Assembly: GCA_951406725.2 (NCBI GenBank)
Contig: CATOCA020000001.1
Span: forward strand, 7,936,001-8,000,000
Direction of reading: 5' to 3'
From: Octopus vulgaris
Lineage: Eukaryota
DNA: 64,000 bases
Under the pieces are notes generated by a model. It saw only the letters and a program-made list of their open reading frames with translations. It did no database searches and was not told where the DNA came from. Below are positions 29,465 through 43,902 of this stretch, in pieces. Position numbers and translations under genes: made by a program. How positions within the stretch are numbered: the first letter of the stretch is position 1; every line of letters starts with the position of its first letter.

Positions 29465-31150
29465 ATTCTACTCTACGTACAAGACCCGAAATTTTGGAGG
29501 AGGAGGCCAGTCGATTAGGTCGACCCCAGTACGTAACTGGTACTCAATTTATCGACAGCGAAAGGATGAAAGGCAAATTCAACCTCGGCGGAATTTGACT
29601 TCAGAACGTGAAGACAGACGAAATACCGCTTAGCATTTCCCAATTTGTTTTTTTATTTCCCAAAAGGGGACAACACAGAGGGGACAGTACAATCTGATAT
29701 GGGGTCAGATTTAACGTATGAATCGACACAAAGATGGATTGTAAAATTTTACATAAATATGAAGAGTTCGGATGATAAAATATACAACATTACAGAATAG
29801 AGTGGGGGGACGGGATATGCTTGGACCCCACGAGCGCTGCCTCCCCACTGATGCTTTGGGTTCATCCTGCATTGTATTCATGCAGTTCCATCCGTACGCA
29901 GCTTTCGGGCGACATTCTTCCATCGATTTTGAAACATTTTCGCGGACAGGCATTTTCTTTCAAACCCTATTTTCCTTCTTAGGTGGAAGGTGGAGAAATT
30001 AAACAACCCAGGGACAGAGATAAAATGCCTAGTATTAACCCTATTTTTAATTCACACAGCAGTTTAGAGACTCCGCCGTTCGTGCATAATAAACTTTATA
30101 ATCATTCTAAACAATAAGACGGCGAGTTGGCTGAAACGTTAGCACGCCGAGCGAAATGCGCAGCCGTATTTCGTCTGCCGTTACGTTCGGAGTTCAAATT
30201 CCACCGAGGTCGACTTTGCCTTTCATCCTTTATGGGTACCAGTTACACACTGGGGTTGATATTATTTACTTAATCCGTTTGTCTGTCCTTGTTTGACCCC
30301 TCTGTGTTTAGCCCCTCGTGGGTAGTAAAGAAATAGGTATTTCGTCGGCCGCTACGTTCTGTGTTCAAATTCCGTCTAGGTCGACTTTGTCTTTCATAAT
30401 TTGGGCTCGATTAAATAAGTACCAGTTACGCACTAGGGTCGATATAATCGATTAACCCCCTTCCCCACATATTTTCAAGTCCTTGTGCCAAGAGAAGAAA
30501 TAATAATTCTAGACAACATGAAATAATCCTCAGAAGACATCCATCTGATAGATAATATTTAAGATTACGAGAAAACATATTTAATGCATTCCACATCAAA
30601 ATGTTAACATAGGATAAAGAAGTGGAGAGAGAAATGTATGCAGTCACCCACTTTTTGAATGTTTAAACAATTCATACTCTTTCCTACGAGATATAAATAT
30701 TATTTCAAATACGAGAACAATTATATTTAGATGCAAAATTTAAGAAATATTCTTTTCTACTCAAGACACAAGGCCCCAGATTTGGTGGGAGGTGGCTAGT
30801 AGATAAGTGTATTACCAGTATGCGACCAGTACAAAAGGATGAAAGGCAAAGTCGACCTCGGCGGAATTTGAACTCAGAAAATAAAAACAGACGAAACATC
30901 GCTAAGCGTTTCGCCCGGCGTGCTAACGTTTCTGCCAAGCTAGCTGCCTTTTCTTTTCTACGATAGGCACAAGGCGAGGGGACAAGTTGATTGGATCGAC
31001 ACCAGTATGCAACTGGTATTTAATTCATCGACCCCAAAAGGATAAAGTGTAAAGTCAACCTCGGTGGAATTTGAACTCAGAACGTAAAGACAGACGAAAT
31101 GCGTTGCAGCATTTCGTCCGGCGTGCTAACGTTTCTGCCAGCTCACGCCT
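29465..31150. mobile_element. Cluster of Nin/Deu-domain tRNA SINEs (29465-29640 -, 30119-30495 +, 30750-31150 - dimer)
   Basis: Repeated GGCGAG(C/T)TGGC.GAAACGTTAGCACGCCG...GAGTTCAAATTCC.CCGAGGTCGACTTTGCCTTTCATCC on both strands. Confidence 0.75.
29745..30030 (-). pseudogene. Probable 3' end of an L1/Tx1-like LINE ORF2 plus UTR
   Basis: The minus frame reads ...FERKCLSAKMFQNRWKNVARKLRTDGTA*, resembling the Tx1-type C-terminal 'F..RW' motif. No catalytic motifs are present. Confidence 0.4.
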
Positions 31151-31315
31151 TAAATTAAATAAAAATTATTTTCTACTCTAGTCACAAGGGGAGGGAGCCT
31201 GATGCTCGAGAAAAATTTAAAACTCTTGTACATACATACATACATACATACATACATACATACATACATACATACATACATACATACATACATACATACA
31301 TACATACTTACATAC

Positions 31316-31352
<37 letters not shown>

Positions 31353-31853
31353 AAGTTAATCCAAACAAGAAAGCACAAAAAACACAACAACGAAAGGACG
31401 TGGAACAAATATAGTATTATTGGACGCTCAGGAAAGAAGGAAAGATCCAGAGAAGGGAAGACAGAGGAAAAAAAATCGTATATATATATATATATATTCG
31501 TAAACTCTATTTCCAGCCCTTCTACATTTGTATTTCTCAAGATAAGATTCAAGACAAGAAAATTTGTTTTTACCTTATTTCAAATGGTTTCGATGCTGGA
31601 GAAACTTGGGATTCGTGTTTCCTCACGAAGCGAAAGGATATAAATGTTTCTTAGTTAGTTAATAAGCAGGAGGTGACTACTCTTATTCAATTTCGTGCCA
31701 CACCCTGACTAACACAAGATCTTTTATTCAAATTTGAATGCTCTTTACAATTTGTCATGTCAAAGTATAATTCAATTCATTTCGTATGACGTAACCTCTC
31801 CATAATTGTCTGAAAACCTATGTGCATATATATATATATATATATGGATAAGA

Positions 31854-31900
<47 letters not shown>

Positions 31901-32258
31901 AGTATATATAGTTATATATGCAAGTAAGTATATTGCTGTGTATGTATGCATGTATGGGCAGGTATGTATACACCTACGTATGTATTCACCTTTGTCTGTA
32001 TTTATATATACATGCAACTACTTATTGTGTATGCATGTAGGCAGTTTCGTATATAGGCATATATGTATGTATGTATGTATGTATGTATATATGTATGTAT
32101 GTATGATGAAGATGAAGGTTGTCCATTCCTGATCGAAGAAGGCGGTCGCTGACCATTGCCTACATTGCCTGCAATATATATATTTATGAATATATGTGTC
32201 TGTGTGTTTATGTGTATATCTTTTGTGTAAGTGTCCAAATGTGTTTGTGTATGTAGAT

Positions 32259-32302
<44 letters not shown>

Positions 32303-32694
32303 AGTGGCTGTGTGGTAAGTAGCTTGCTAACCAACCACATGGTTCCGGGTTCGGTCCCACTGCGTGGCATCTTGGGCAAGTGTCTTCTGCTATAGCCCCG
32401 GGCAGACGAATGTCTTGTGAGTGGATTTGGTAGACGGAAACTGAAAGAAGCCTGTCGTATATATATGTATATGTGTGTGTTTGTGTGTCTGTGTTTGTCT
32501 CCCTAGTATTGCTTGACAACCGATGCTGGTGTGTTTACGTCCCCGTCACTTAGCGGATCGGCAAAAGAGACCGATAGAATAAGTACTGGGCTTACAAAGA
32601 ATAAGTCCCGGGGTCGATTTGCTCGACTAAAGGCGGTGCTCCAGCATGGCCGCAGTCAAATGAATGCAACAAGTAAAAAAAAATATATATATAT

Positions 32695-32917
32695 ATCAGC
32701 TAAGTTCCCGACCTGTTTCCTCTTTTCATTGTTTTTGCAAGCCTTATTATTATTGTATCCCCATCTAATAGCGTTATCGTTGTCTTTCGTCTCAAATGCT
32801 AGCTGAAGCATAAAAACTTTCACTCACAAAAACTTATTCACACACCGCAAAGCATTTCATCTCAATCCTGTCTTCTTTCTGCCGCCTAAAACCTCATCTT
32901 CTCCCAATCTGGTCGGT

Positions 32918-32980
<63 letters not shown>

Positions 32981-33009
32981 ATGTGGTGTCGGTTCTCCCT
33001 CTGTTTTCA

Positions 33010-33047
<38 letters not shown>

Positions 33048-33383
33048 ATATATCTCACCTTCACTCGCTTCCACAGACTTAGCCAATACCGCAGGATGAA
33101 AAACATCAGCTAAGTTCCCGACCTGTTTCCTCTTTTCATTGTTTTTGCAAGCCTTATTATTATTGTATCCCCATCTAATAGCGTTATCGTTGTCTTTCGT
33201 CTCAAATGCTAGCTGAAGCATAAAAACTTTCACTCACAAAAACTTATTCACACACCGCAAAGCATTTCATCTCAATCCTGTCTTCTTTCTGCCGCCTAAA
33301 ACCTCATCTTCTCCCAATGCGCGGTGTCACTATGTCTCTCTCTCTCTCGCTATGTGGTGTCGGTTCTCCCTCTGTTTTCACTG

Positions 33384-33425
<42 letters not shown>

Positions 33426-33768
33426 GGTATATATCTCACCTTCACTCGCTTCCACAGACTTAGCCAATACCGCAGGATGAAAAACATCAGCTAAGTTCCC
33501 GACCTGTTTCCTCTTTTCATTGTTTTTGCAAGCCTTATTATTATTGTATCCCCATCTAATAGCGTTATCGTTGTCTTTCGTCTCAAATGCTAGCTGAAGC
33601 ATAAAAACTTTCACTCACAAAAACTTATTCACACACCGCAAAGCATTTCATCTCAATCCTGTCTTCTTTCTGCCGCCTAAAACCTCATCTTCTCCCAATG
33701 CGCGGTGTCACTATGTCTCTCTCTCTCTCGCTATGTGGTGTCGGTTCTCCCTCTGTTTTCACTGTCTG

Positions 33769-33804
<36 letters not shown>

Positions 33805-34090
33805 ACTCGGTATATATCTCACCTTCACTCGCTTCCACAGGCTTAGCCAATACCGCAGGATGAAAAACATCAGCTAAGTTCCCGACCTGTTTCCTCTTTT
33901 CATTGTTTTTGCAAGCCTTATTATTATTGTATCCCCATCTAATAGCGTTATCGTTGTCTTTCGTCTCAAATGCTAGCTGAAGCATAAAAACTTTCACTCA
34001 CAAAAACTTATTCACACACCGCAAAGCATTTCATCTCAATCCTGTCTTCTTTCTGCCGCCTAAAACCTCATCTTCTCCCAATGCGCGGTG
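32695..34090. repeat. Tandem array of ~3.6 units of 381-410 bp
   Basis: ATCAGCTAAGTTCCCGACCTG starts at 32695, 33105, 33486 and 33869. The ~215-bp cores are near identical and length differences lie mainly in (CT)n tracts. Confidence 0.95.
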
Positions 34091-34216
34091 CGCCCGCCCT
34101 CCCACCCCCACCACCAATACCGGTGAACACTGTTCTCACCATCTACACCGGATACTCCCTCTTATGTTTCTCTATCTGTCTAACTATTTATCAAATTTCT
34201 CTATCTATCTAATTTC

Positions 34217-34248
<32 letters not shown>

Positions 34249-34463
34249 CATTCGTCTAAAATCAAACTTCGTATCTTCGCGCCATCTTGAAGTATGTCCC
34301 CTCTAATACACATATGTTCTCTCTCTCTCACTCTCTCATTCATCTACAAGCTGTAGTCCTGAGTGCAGATAAGTTGAATGCTTAATTTTCACTTCGGTTA
34401 CCATTTATTTATGTTTCTCTATCTGTCTAACTATTTATCAAATTTCTCTATCTATCTAATTTC

Positions 34464-34507
<44 letters not shown>

Positions 34508-34784
34508 CATTCGTCTAAAAAAAAACTTCGTATCTTCACCCGCCCTGCCCACCCCCATCACCAATACTGGATATCTCTATATTTTGCTCCATCTATACCG
34601 GATGTCGCTTCTCCCACCACCATTATAGGTGTCTACTCTTCGAACCCCCCTCTTCAATACGCTATTTCACCATGCATTACCCCTCTCTCGATATCCTACG
34701 TTCTACTTGCCTAGAACCTGTCATCATTTCTCTGAACCACCCCTCCCCACTGGTGCTCCCCTATATTTCTGCACCCACCCCCCC

Positions 34785-35009
34785 ACATAAAAAGCACCAT
34801 CCGAACGTGGCCGATGCCAGACCCCTCTGGCACCTGTGCAGGTGGCACGTAAAAAACACCCACTACACTCGCGGAGTGGTTGGCGTTAGGAAGGGCATCC
34901 AGCTGTAGAAACACTGCCAGACTAGATTGGAGCCTGGGGCAGTCCCGAGCTCCCCAGACCCCGGTCGAAACCGTCCAACCCGTGCTAGCGCGGAAAACGG
35001 ATGTTAAAC

Positions 35010-35045
<36 letters not shown>
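34785..35045 (+). mobile_element. RTE-type SINE/LINE 3' end with (GAT)n tail
   Basis: GGTGGCACGTAAAAAACACCC...GGTTGGCGTTAGGAAGGGCATCCAGCTGTAGAAA...GGATGTTAAAC(GAT)n. Confidence 0.6.
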
Positions 35046-35362
35046 ACACATACACTTTTAGACACTTACGTATAAGTCGTTTAGTATGTCTAAATGTTGA
35101 GTATATGATCTACATATGTGTGTGTGTATATATGCATATACTCTTTTACTCTTTTACTTGTTTCAGTCATTTGACTGCGGCCATGCTGGAGCAAAGCCTT
35201 TAGTCGTGCAATTATATACATATATACGACGAGCTTCTTTCAGTTTCCGTCTACCATATCCACTCACAAGGTTTTGGTCGCGCCTAGACTATAGTAGGAA
35301 ACACTTGCCCAAGGTGCCACACAGCCACTCCTGCGCCTCTAATACATATATATATTTATATA

Positions 35363-35418
<56 letters not shown>

Positions 35419-35594
35419 TACATTAATATACATACATTCTCATATATGCATTACATATATAACATTTTTAAAAATTCAAAGGAAAGGCTGACACAGCGAT
35501 AAACGTGCATGGATGTGTAGAAGGTTTATGTACACGTATATGTAAGTATGTATATATGTATGTACGTGTTTATGCCTCCCTATATGTATATATA

Positions 35595-35673
<79 letters not shown>

Positions 35674-36074
35674 CTTACGTATATATATATACATACATAT
35701 ATATATACACATATATATACATAAAATTATTAAAATTGTGAATAAGGGTATGTAAGAGATAGCATCATGCTAGACATAGCAGTCAAAACTTCACTCTAAA
35801 ACCACATTAAATGTCCCTACAGCACCAGGAGGGAAGACAAAAAGACAAAATAAACAAACAAAAAAGATAATAATAAACTCGTTTGCTAGTTTACTTTCTC
35901 TCTTTCTCCTCTCCCCTGGTGCTGTGTGAACATTTAATGTGGTTTTAGAGTCAGGTTTTAGCTGCTATATCTAGCAGCTAAATTATAATTTTGATAATTA
36001 TTATCCTATGAGGTTTTCATCCCCATGCAGGCCATTATCATTAGTTATATAAATTTACATATAGGAGTTGCCAT

Positions 36075-36827
36075 AGGCGCAGGAGTGGCTGTGTGGTAAG
36101 TAGCTTGCTAATCAGCCACATGGTTCCGGGTTCAGTCCCACTGCGTGGCATCTTGGGCAAGTGTCTTCTGCTATAGCCCCGGACCGACCAATGCCTTGTG
36201 AGTGGATTAGGTAGACGGAAACTGAAAGAAGCCTGTCGTATATATGTATATAGACTTAGGGGTGGCTGTGTGGTAAGTAGCTTGCTTACCAACCACATGG
36301 TTCCGGGTTCAGTCCCACTGCGTGGCATCTTGGGCAAGTGTCTTCTGCTATAGCCCCGGGCAAACCAATGCCTTGTGAGTGGATTTTGTTGACGGAAACT
36401 GAAAGAAGCCTGTCGTATATATGTATATAGACTTAGGGGTGGCTGTGTGGTAAGTAGCTTGCTTACCAACCACATGGTTTCGGGTTCAGTCCCACTGCGT
36501 GGCATCTTGGGCAAATGTCTTCTGTTATAGCCCCGGGCCAACCAATGCCTTGTGAGTGGATTTGGTAGACGGAAACTGAGAGAAGCCCATCGTATATATG
36601 TATATATATGTGTGTGTGTGTGTGTGTATGTGTTTGTCTCCCTAGAATTGCTTGACAACCGATGCTGGTGTGTTTACGTCCCCATCACTTAGCGGTTCGA
36701 CAAAAGAGACCGATAGAATAAGTAGTGGGCTTACAAAGAATTAGTCCCAGGGTCGATTTGCTGGACTAAATGCGGTGCTCCAGCATGGCTGCAGCCAAAT
36801 GACTGAAACAAGTAGAAGAGTAAAAGA

Positions 36828-36830
<3 letters not shown>
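36075..36830 (+). mobile_element. Family A SINE with triplicated 5' half
   Basis: Three tandem heads at ~36075, ~36260 and ~36437 (GTGGCTGTGTGGTAAGTAGC) precede a single tail. The paralog at 25756 has one head. Confidence 0.9.
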
Positions 36831-36869
<39 letters not shown>

Positions 36870-37048
36870 CAATAAGGGTCTTTGCCACAAGTTGATTGAC
36901 CACATACCGAAAAGACCCTTATTTTTATTGTCATAATTATATAATCTTTTACCGAATATGGTCCTTTTCCTTACCGAAGTGCTACTAGGTGAAATTTGTT
37001 GATTTTATTAAATTAATTATATTTCACCCTTTTATCTGTAATGATTAT

Positions 37049-37104
<56 letters not shown>

Positions 37105-37387
37105 GTAACTATGTAGGCATAAATGCATATATATGCAGGCATATACATCTATATTTATATGAATATATATACAAATGCTGACAAGTGTGTGTGTGTACAG
37201 ATTTGATAATGATGATGATGATGATGATGATGATGATAGTCGTTTAATGGCTTAGATTAACAATCGACCTTTTGTTTGGCAAAACAAATTTTGTCAAGTC
37301 AGGTTTAAAGTCAGCAGGTGATAAACACTATTCAACAATTACAAAATAAGTGACACACCCAACCATTATACACACACACACCTAACC

Positions 37388-37435
<48 letters not shown>

Positions 37436-37869
37436 ACCATTACACACACACACACACACATCCAGCTAATACCTTGTTACTAATGTTTAGAGCCCTGCCC
37501 AGGAGCTTGACATTCCGCATTCAAATTCCACCAATGTCAACTTTGACTTTTATGCTTTTAGGGTCGATTAAATAAGGACCAGTTGAATATGGAGGTCGAT
37601 ATAAAAGGAAAGAAAATCTCATCGAAGTTGCTTCTATGTTTCTTATCAAATGTCCGTACTGTAATTGTTTTCAGAACCTTCTTAACAAGCTGCAAACATT
37701 TATATATATATATATTATATTAAATTAGAGATAAAACCACTATTAGGCAAATCTAACAGTGAAAAACATAAGCCAATGCATAAAATTGATTTAAAAATAT
37801 AAAAGTTAAAATTTAAAAAATTATTTAAATAATTTAAACTTATAAATTTTAAATATATATATACAAATA

Positions 37870-37903
<34 letters not shown>

Positions 37904-38374
37904 ATGTATGTATATTTTATATATTTATATATTATTTTATTCATTAATTAATTTATTTTATATTATATAAGTATCAAAATTATTAAAAGTTGTAATACTT
38001 TTGATATTTATATGATAATAAAATAAATTAATAAATAAATAATTAAATAAATTAATTAATTAATAAATTATTAAATAAAATAATATATAAATATAAAAGA
38101 TACATACATACACACATTATATATATATATATATATTTGTATATATATATTTAAAATTTATAAGTATAAATTATGTAAATAATTTTTTAAAGTTTAACTT
38201 TTATATTTTTAAATTAATTTTATGTATTGGCTTATGTTTTTCACTGTTTGATTTGTCTAATAGTGGTTTTATCTCTAATTTAATATGATACAATATAATA
38301 TATTTATACTATAAAATTGGATTTAATCCTGAATATAATTTTTCCCAGTAACTTTGGATTTATTCCCTAATATT

Positions 38375-38406
<32 letters not shown>

Positions 38407-41400
38407 GACGGGCTTCTTTCAGTTTCCGTTCACCAAATTCACTCACAAGAGTTTGATGGCCCAAGGCAACAGTAAACACACTTGCCTAAATAGCCTCACA
38501 CGCTCTTTCTCTCCTTCTCTCCTTCTCTCACTCTCTCTCTCTCTCTCTCTCTCTCTCCCCTGGTGTGTTTATGTCCGCGTAACTTAGCTGTTCGGCAAAA
38601 CAGATCGATAGGATAAGTACTCGGCTTACAAAGGATATGTCCCCGGATTGATTTGTTTGACTTATGAGACTTGAGAGACGTATGTGGGTGTATATAGAGT
38701 TGTTTACTGTGATAGAAGTATAATTTTTTTTTTATAAAAGCGACTTCAGTTGTTAATGTTAAGTCAAGTGTAACAACACTCTTCGCTTATTGTGGCATAA
38801 GTCACACAAACACCTTTTCTTCGATTCGCACACACACAGGCACACCTGTTTCATACTAACAATTACTACTAGAGACACACTCAATGACTTGTTAGTAATA
38901 TTTATAACTATTCCTTGGTAATTTACATTCTGGGTTCGAATCCCGTCACCTTTTATCATTTGAGGGTCGATACAATTCTCTCAAGATTAACTTTGGCGTC
39001 GATATAATTAATTAGCAAAAGTTAAAACCTTATAATTGTAGTAAGCAGAATTATTTGTAGCTCGAGGTGCACCTTGTAGATGATTATTCTATTTATATAA
39101 GGACGTAGGGTGTAGGCGCGTGGCTTAGTGGTTAGGGTGTCAGCATCATGATCGTATGATTGTGGTTTCGATTATTGGACGGGGCGACGCGTTGGGTTCT
39201 TGAGCAAAACACTTCATTTCACGTTGCTCCAGTCCACTCAGCTGGCAAAAATGAGTAACGCTGCGATGGACTGGCGACCCCTCCAGCTGGGGAACACATA
39301 CGCCATTGAAACCGGGAAACCGGGCGCATGAGCCTGTCTAGGCTTTAAAAGCGCGAATTTATTTTGTAGAGGCGCAATGACTCTGTGGTTAGGGGAGCGG
39401 ACTCGCGGTCGGAGGATGGCGGCTTCGATCCCCAGACCGCGTGTTGTGTGTGTTTATTGAGCGAAAACACCTAATGCTCCACGAGGCTCAGGTAGGGGGT
39501 GGTGGCGAAGCCCTGTTCTACTCTTTCGCCCTAACTTTCTCTCATACTTTCTTCCTGTTTCTTTGGTAACGCTGTGATGGACTGGCGTCCCGTCCACCTG
39601 GAGAACACATACGCCACATAAACCGGGAAACCGGGCCCATGAGCACTGACTAGGCTTGAAAAGGGCGCATAAACAGATACGGACAGAGAATGGAACAGAG
39701 AGAACGAGTGTGAGTGAAGGAGAGGGAGAGTGTGAGTGTGGGCAAAACAATCTCATAAACCCCACTCCCAAGGAAGAGAAACTATGAGTTACTTCTACAC
39801 GTCCTCTTGGAGATTATGGGAAGTTAATTTCACATGTGCCCCCGTCCAACTCCCGCATCTGGAGCCCACTTCTCTCTTGACTTCCATACCTCTGTATCTA
39901 TTCTTGGCCTTTACTTTTCACGGGTTGCACCCTATAGTATTTCTGTTTTACTTCCATCAAATCAGTTTCCACCATGGTAACAAGCTCCTATCTTCTTCCT
40001 TACTAATTCTTCAGATCCTTTCAACCAAAACAGCTTCGTCATCAACATTTATTCTTGTTAGATAGTAACATTATCTTTAATGATATTTATATGTCTTGTA
40101 TATATAGGCATCGGAGTGGCTGTGTGGTAGGTAGCTTGTTTACCAACCACATGGTTCCGGGTTCAGTCCCACTGCGTGGCACCTTGGGCAAGTGTCTTCT
40201 ACTATAGCCTCGGGCCGACCAAAGCCTTGTGAGTGGATTTGGTAGATGGAAACTGAAAGAAGCCCGTCGTATATATGTATATATATATGCGTGTGTGTGT
40301 TTGTGTCTGTGTTTGTCCTCCTAGCATTGCTTGACAACCGATGCTGGTGTGTTTATGTCCCCGTTACTTAGCGGTTCGGCGAAAGAGACCGATAGAATAA
40401 GTACTGGGCTTACAAAAGAATAAGTCCCGGGGTCGAGTTGCTCGATTAAAGGCGGTGCTCCAGCATGGCCGCAGTCAAATGACTGAAACAAGTAAAAGAA
40501 ACGAATAAAAGAAAAGAAACGAATATATAGATATATGTGTGTGCGTGTACATATATACTACTATGGCACTCCGTCGGTTGAGACGAAGAGGTTTCCAGTT
40601 GATCCAGTCACCGGAAGACTTCTCGTGAAATTCTTTTCTACTCTAGGCACAAGGTCCGAAATTTTAGGGGAGTGGGCCATCGATTAGATCTACACCAGTA
40701 CGAAACTTGTACTTGATTTATGCAGCCCGAAACGATGAAAGGAAAAGTCGACCTCGACGGAATTTGAACTCAGAAAGTAAAGACAGACGAAATACCTATT
40801 TCTTTACTACCAACAGGGGGCTAAACACAGAGGGGACAAACAAGGACAGACATAGGTATTAAGTCGATGATATCGACCCCAGTGCGTAACAGGCCCTTAT
40901 TTAATCGACCCCAAAACGATGAAAGGCAAAGTCGACCTCGGCGGAATTTGAACTCAGAAAGTAAAGACAGACGAAATACCTATTTCTTTACTACCCAAAA
41001 GGCGCTAAACACAGAGGGGACAAACAAGGACAGACAAACGGATTAAGTCGATTATATCGACCCCAGTGTGTAACTGGTACTTAATTTATCGACCCTGAAT
41101 GGATGAAAGGTATAGTCGACCTCGGCGGAATTTGAACTCAGAACGTAGGGGCAGACGAAATACTGCTAAGCATTTCGCCAGGCGGGCTAACGTTTCTGCC
41201 AGCACGCCGCCTTAGACTCTTCGTGAAATTAACGTGCAAGTAGCTGAGTACTCCACAGACACATGTACCCTTAACGTAGTTCTCGGTGAGATTCAGCGTG
41301 ACACATAGTGTGACACGGCAGCCCCCTTTGAAATAAAGGTACAACAGAAACAGGAAGACAGCGTGAGAGAAAGTTGTGGTGAAATAATACAGCAGGGTTC

Positions 41401-41994
41401 GCCACCAGCCCATGCTGGAGCCTCGAAGAGCTTTAGGTGTTTTAGTTTAATGAACTCTTGCGACGAGTTGGACTTCATTTTACATTCCTTGGCTAGAATG
41501 ACTCACTCTGCGATGGACTGCTGTCCCGTCCATATGCGAAATATATAAGCCAAGGTAGACTGTTCCCATGCGTCTAGGCGCCAATGGAAGTAACTTTATT
41601 TACTATTTATATATGTATATATATATGTATGTATATGTGCGTATATATGTATGTATTTGCTTGCTTTTTAAGTCTAGTAGTTATTCTATCGGGAGCTTTT
41701 GCCGAACCGCAAAGTTACGGGGACCTAAACACAACAGCATTGGTTGTGAAGCGATAGTGCGTTGTTAAACGCTAGCACAAACACATATATATACATCCGA
41801 TGGGCTTCTTTCGGTCAGCCCGTGGCTATAGAATAAGACACTCGCCAAAGGTGCCACGCAGTGAGATTGAACTCAGAACAATATGGTAGGTAAGCAAGCT
41901 TCTCACCACACAGCCACGTGTCACTTTTCAGCTTTCTATATATGAATGTATATATTTGTATATATAAATATATTATGAGCACAAGTACATCGGG

Positions 41995-42095
<101 letters not shown>

Positions 42096-42359
42096 AGAGA
42101 GTGTGATAGATAGATATATATATACATACATACATGCGCATATATATACACATACACAAACACAAAAAATCGAAACAGTCGCCCACACGCATGCACGGGC
42201 ACACACACACATAGCCTCAATTACTGCTATGTCTTGATAACCACATATCCTGTTGGTATTATTTATAGCTATTTGCTGGGAGCCTACATTCTGGGTTCGA
42301 ATTCTATTAATGCCAACACTACTTTATCATTTCAGGGTTGACGAAATAACAAGGATGAA

Positions 42360-42467
<108 letters not shown>

Positions 42468-42469
42468 TA

Positions 42470-42519
<50 letters not shown>

Positions 42520-42523
42520 TATA

Positions 42524-42561
<38 letters not shown>

Positions 42562-43058
42562 CATATATACTTGCATGTATATAAATATATATATATACAT
42601 ACACATATACATACATATATATATATGCACACACACATATATATATATATAAGTAAATATATAGATATATATATACACACATATATACATGTATATATAT
42701 ACACACACACATATATATATACATATATATATATAAATAAATATATATATATATATATTGTTAAAATCATCATAGCATATTTCTAAGGAGTTGTTTTGCT
42801 GCTATTTCTAGCATTTAAATTGTCTTCCACAATGTCCTTCTTTGCTGGGAGCGAGTCAGACAGAGAGTGAGAAAGAGTCAAAAAGTGAGTGAGAATGAAC
42901 ATTGAACAGCTTTATAGAGAGGGGGATTAGATAAACTAGATTGTCTACCTGTTTTGACTTAAGATTGACTTAAGGTTGTTTTAGAGTCAGATAATGGCTG
43001 CTATTTTCAGCATGGTGGTGATGATGATGATGATGATGATGATGATGTTAGTATATAA

Positions 43059-43100
<42 letters not shown>

Positions 43101-43104
<4 letters not shown>

Positions 43105-43746
43105 TTAAAAAAATGTTTTTGCCCGAAGGCCGCGGCCATGCTGGGGCACCACCGCTGAATGAGCTACACTAGTTTGTGAATCCACCTCTGATACGTGGCA
43201 CTTGATCAACAAGGGAGTTCGATGCTGCTGCCCGCATCCGCGTCTCCTGTCGTGAGGTAGGTTCATCTGGGACTCCCAACAAGAAGAGATCCAGTTTAGT
43301 TTTAAAGAAACCCACATCCACACCATGTAAGTCTCTCAGGCATTTAGGGAGGATGTTAAAGAGCTGTGGTCCTCTGAAACCCAAGCTGTTGCAGTATCTG
43401 GACCTGTATTTTGATGGTGATGTTGGAATCCTTGGCACCACGCAGCGGCGCCCCGTTCTGCGGTTGGAGTAACTTTGAATGCCAAATTTTGGGACAAGAC
43501 CCTCCAGGATTTTCCAGATGTATATCACTGCATATCTCTCCCGCCTCCGCTCTAGGGAGAAGAGGTTTAATACCTTCAGTCTTTCCCAGTAGCTGATATT
43601 TTGCATTGAGACGATTTTCTTTGTGTAGCTTCTCTGAATTGCTTCGAGTTCTGCTGTTTGTTTTATATTGTGTGGTGACCAAAGTTGGGAGCAGTAGTCC
43701 AAGCGGCTGAGGACGAATGTTTTCCATAGGACCATCAGTGGTCCTA
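43101..43746 (-). mobile_element. 5'-truncated CR1-like LINE 3' fragment, near identical to 59251-59890
   Basis: Translates [20 protein letters not shown]...[20 protein letters not shown]...RIRGGFTN. Inserted within (TA)n on both sides. Confidence 0.92.
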
Positions 43747-43751
43747 TATAT

Positions 43752-43902
<151 letters not shown>

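Noticed and set aside
32695-34090. Possible CRISPR-like array, or hammerhead in each unit (minus strand CUUAG-CUGAUG...CUAAG)
   Set aside because: Units are whole tandem copies without unique spacers in eukaryotic DNA. The CUGAUG is not followed by A, a stem II or GAAA.
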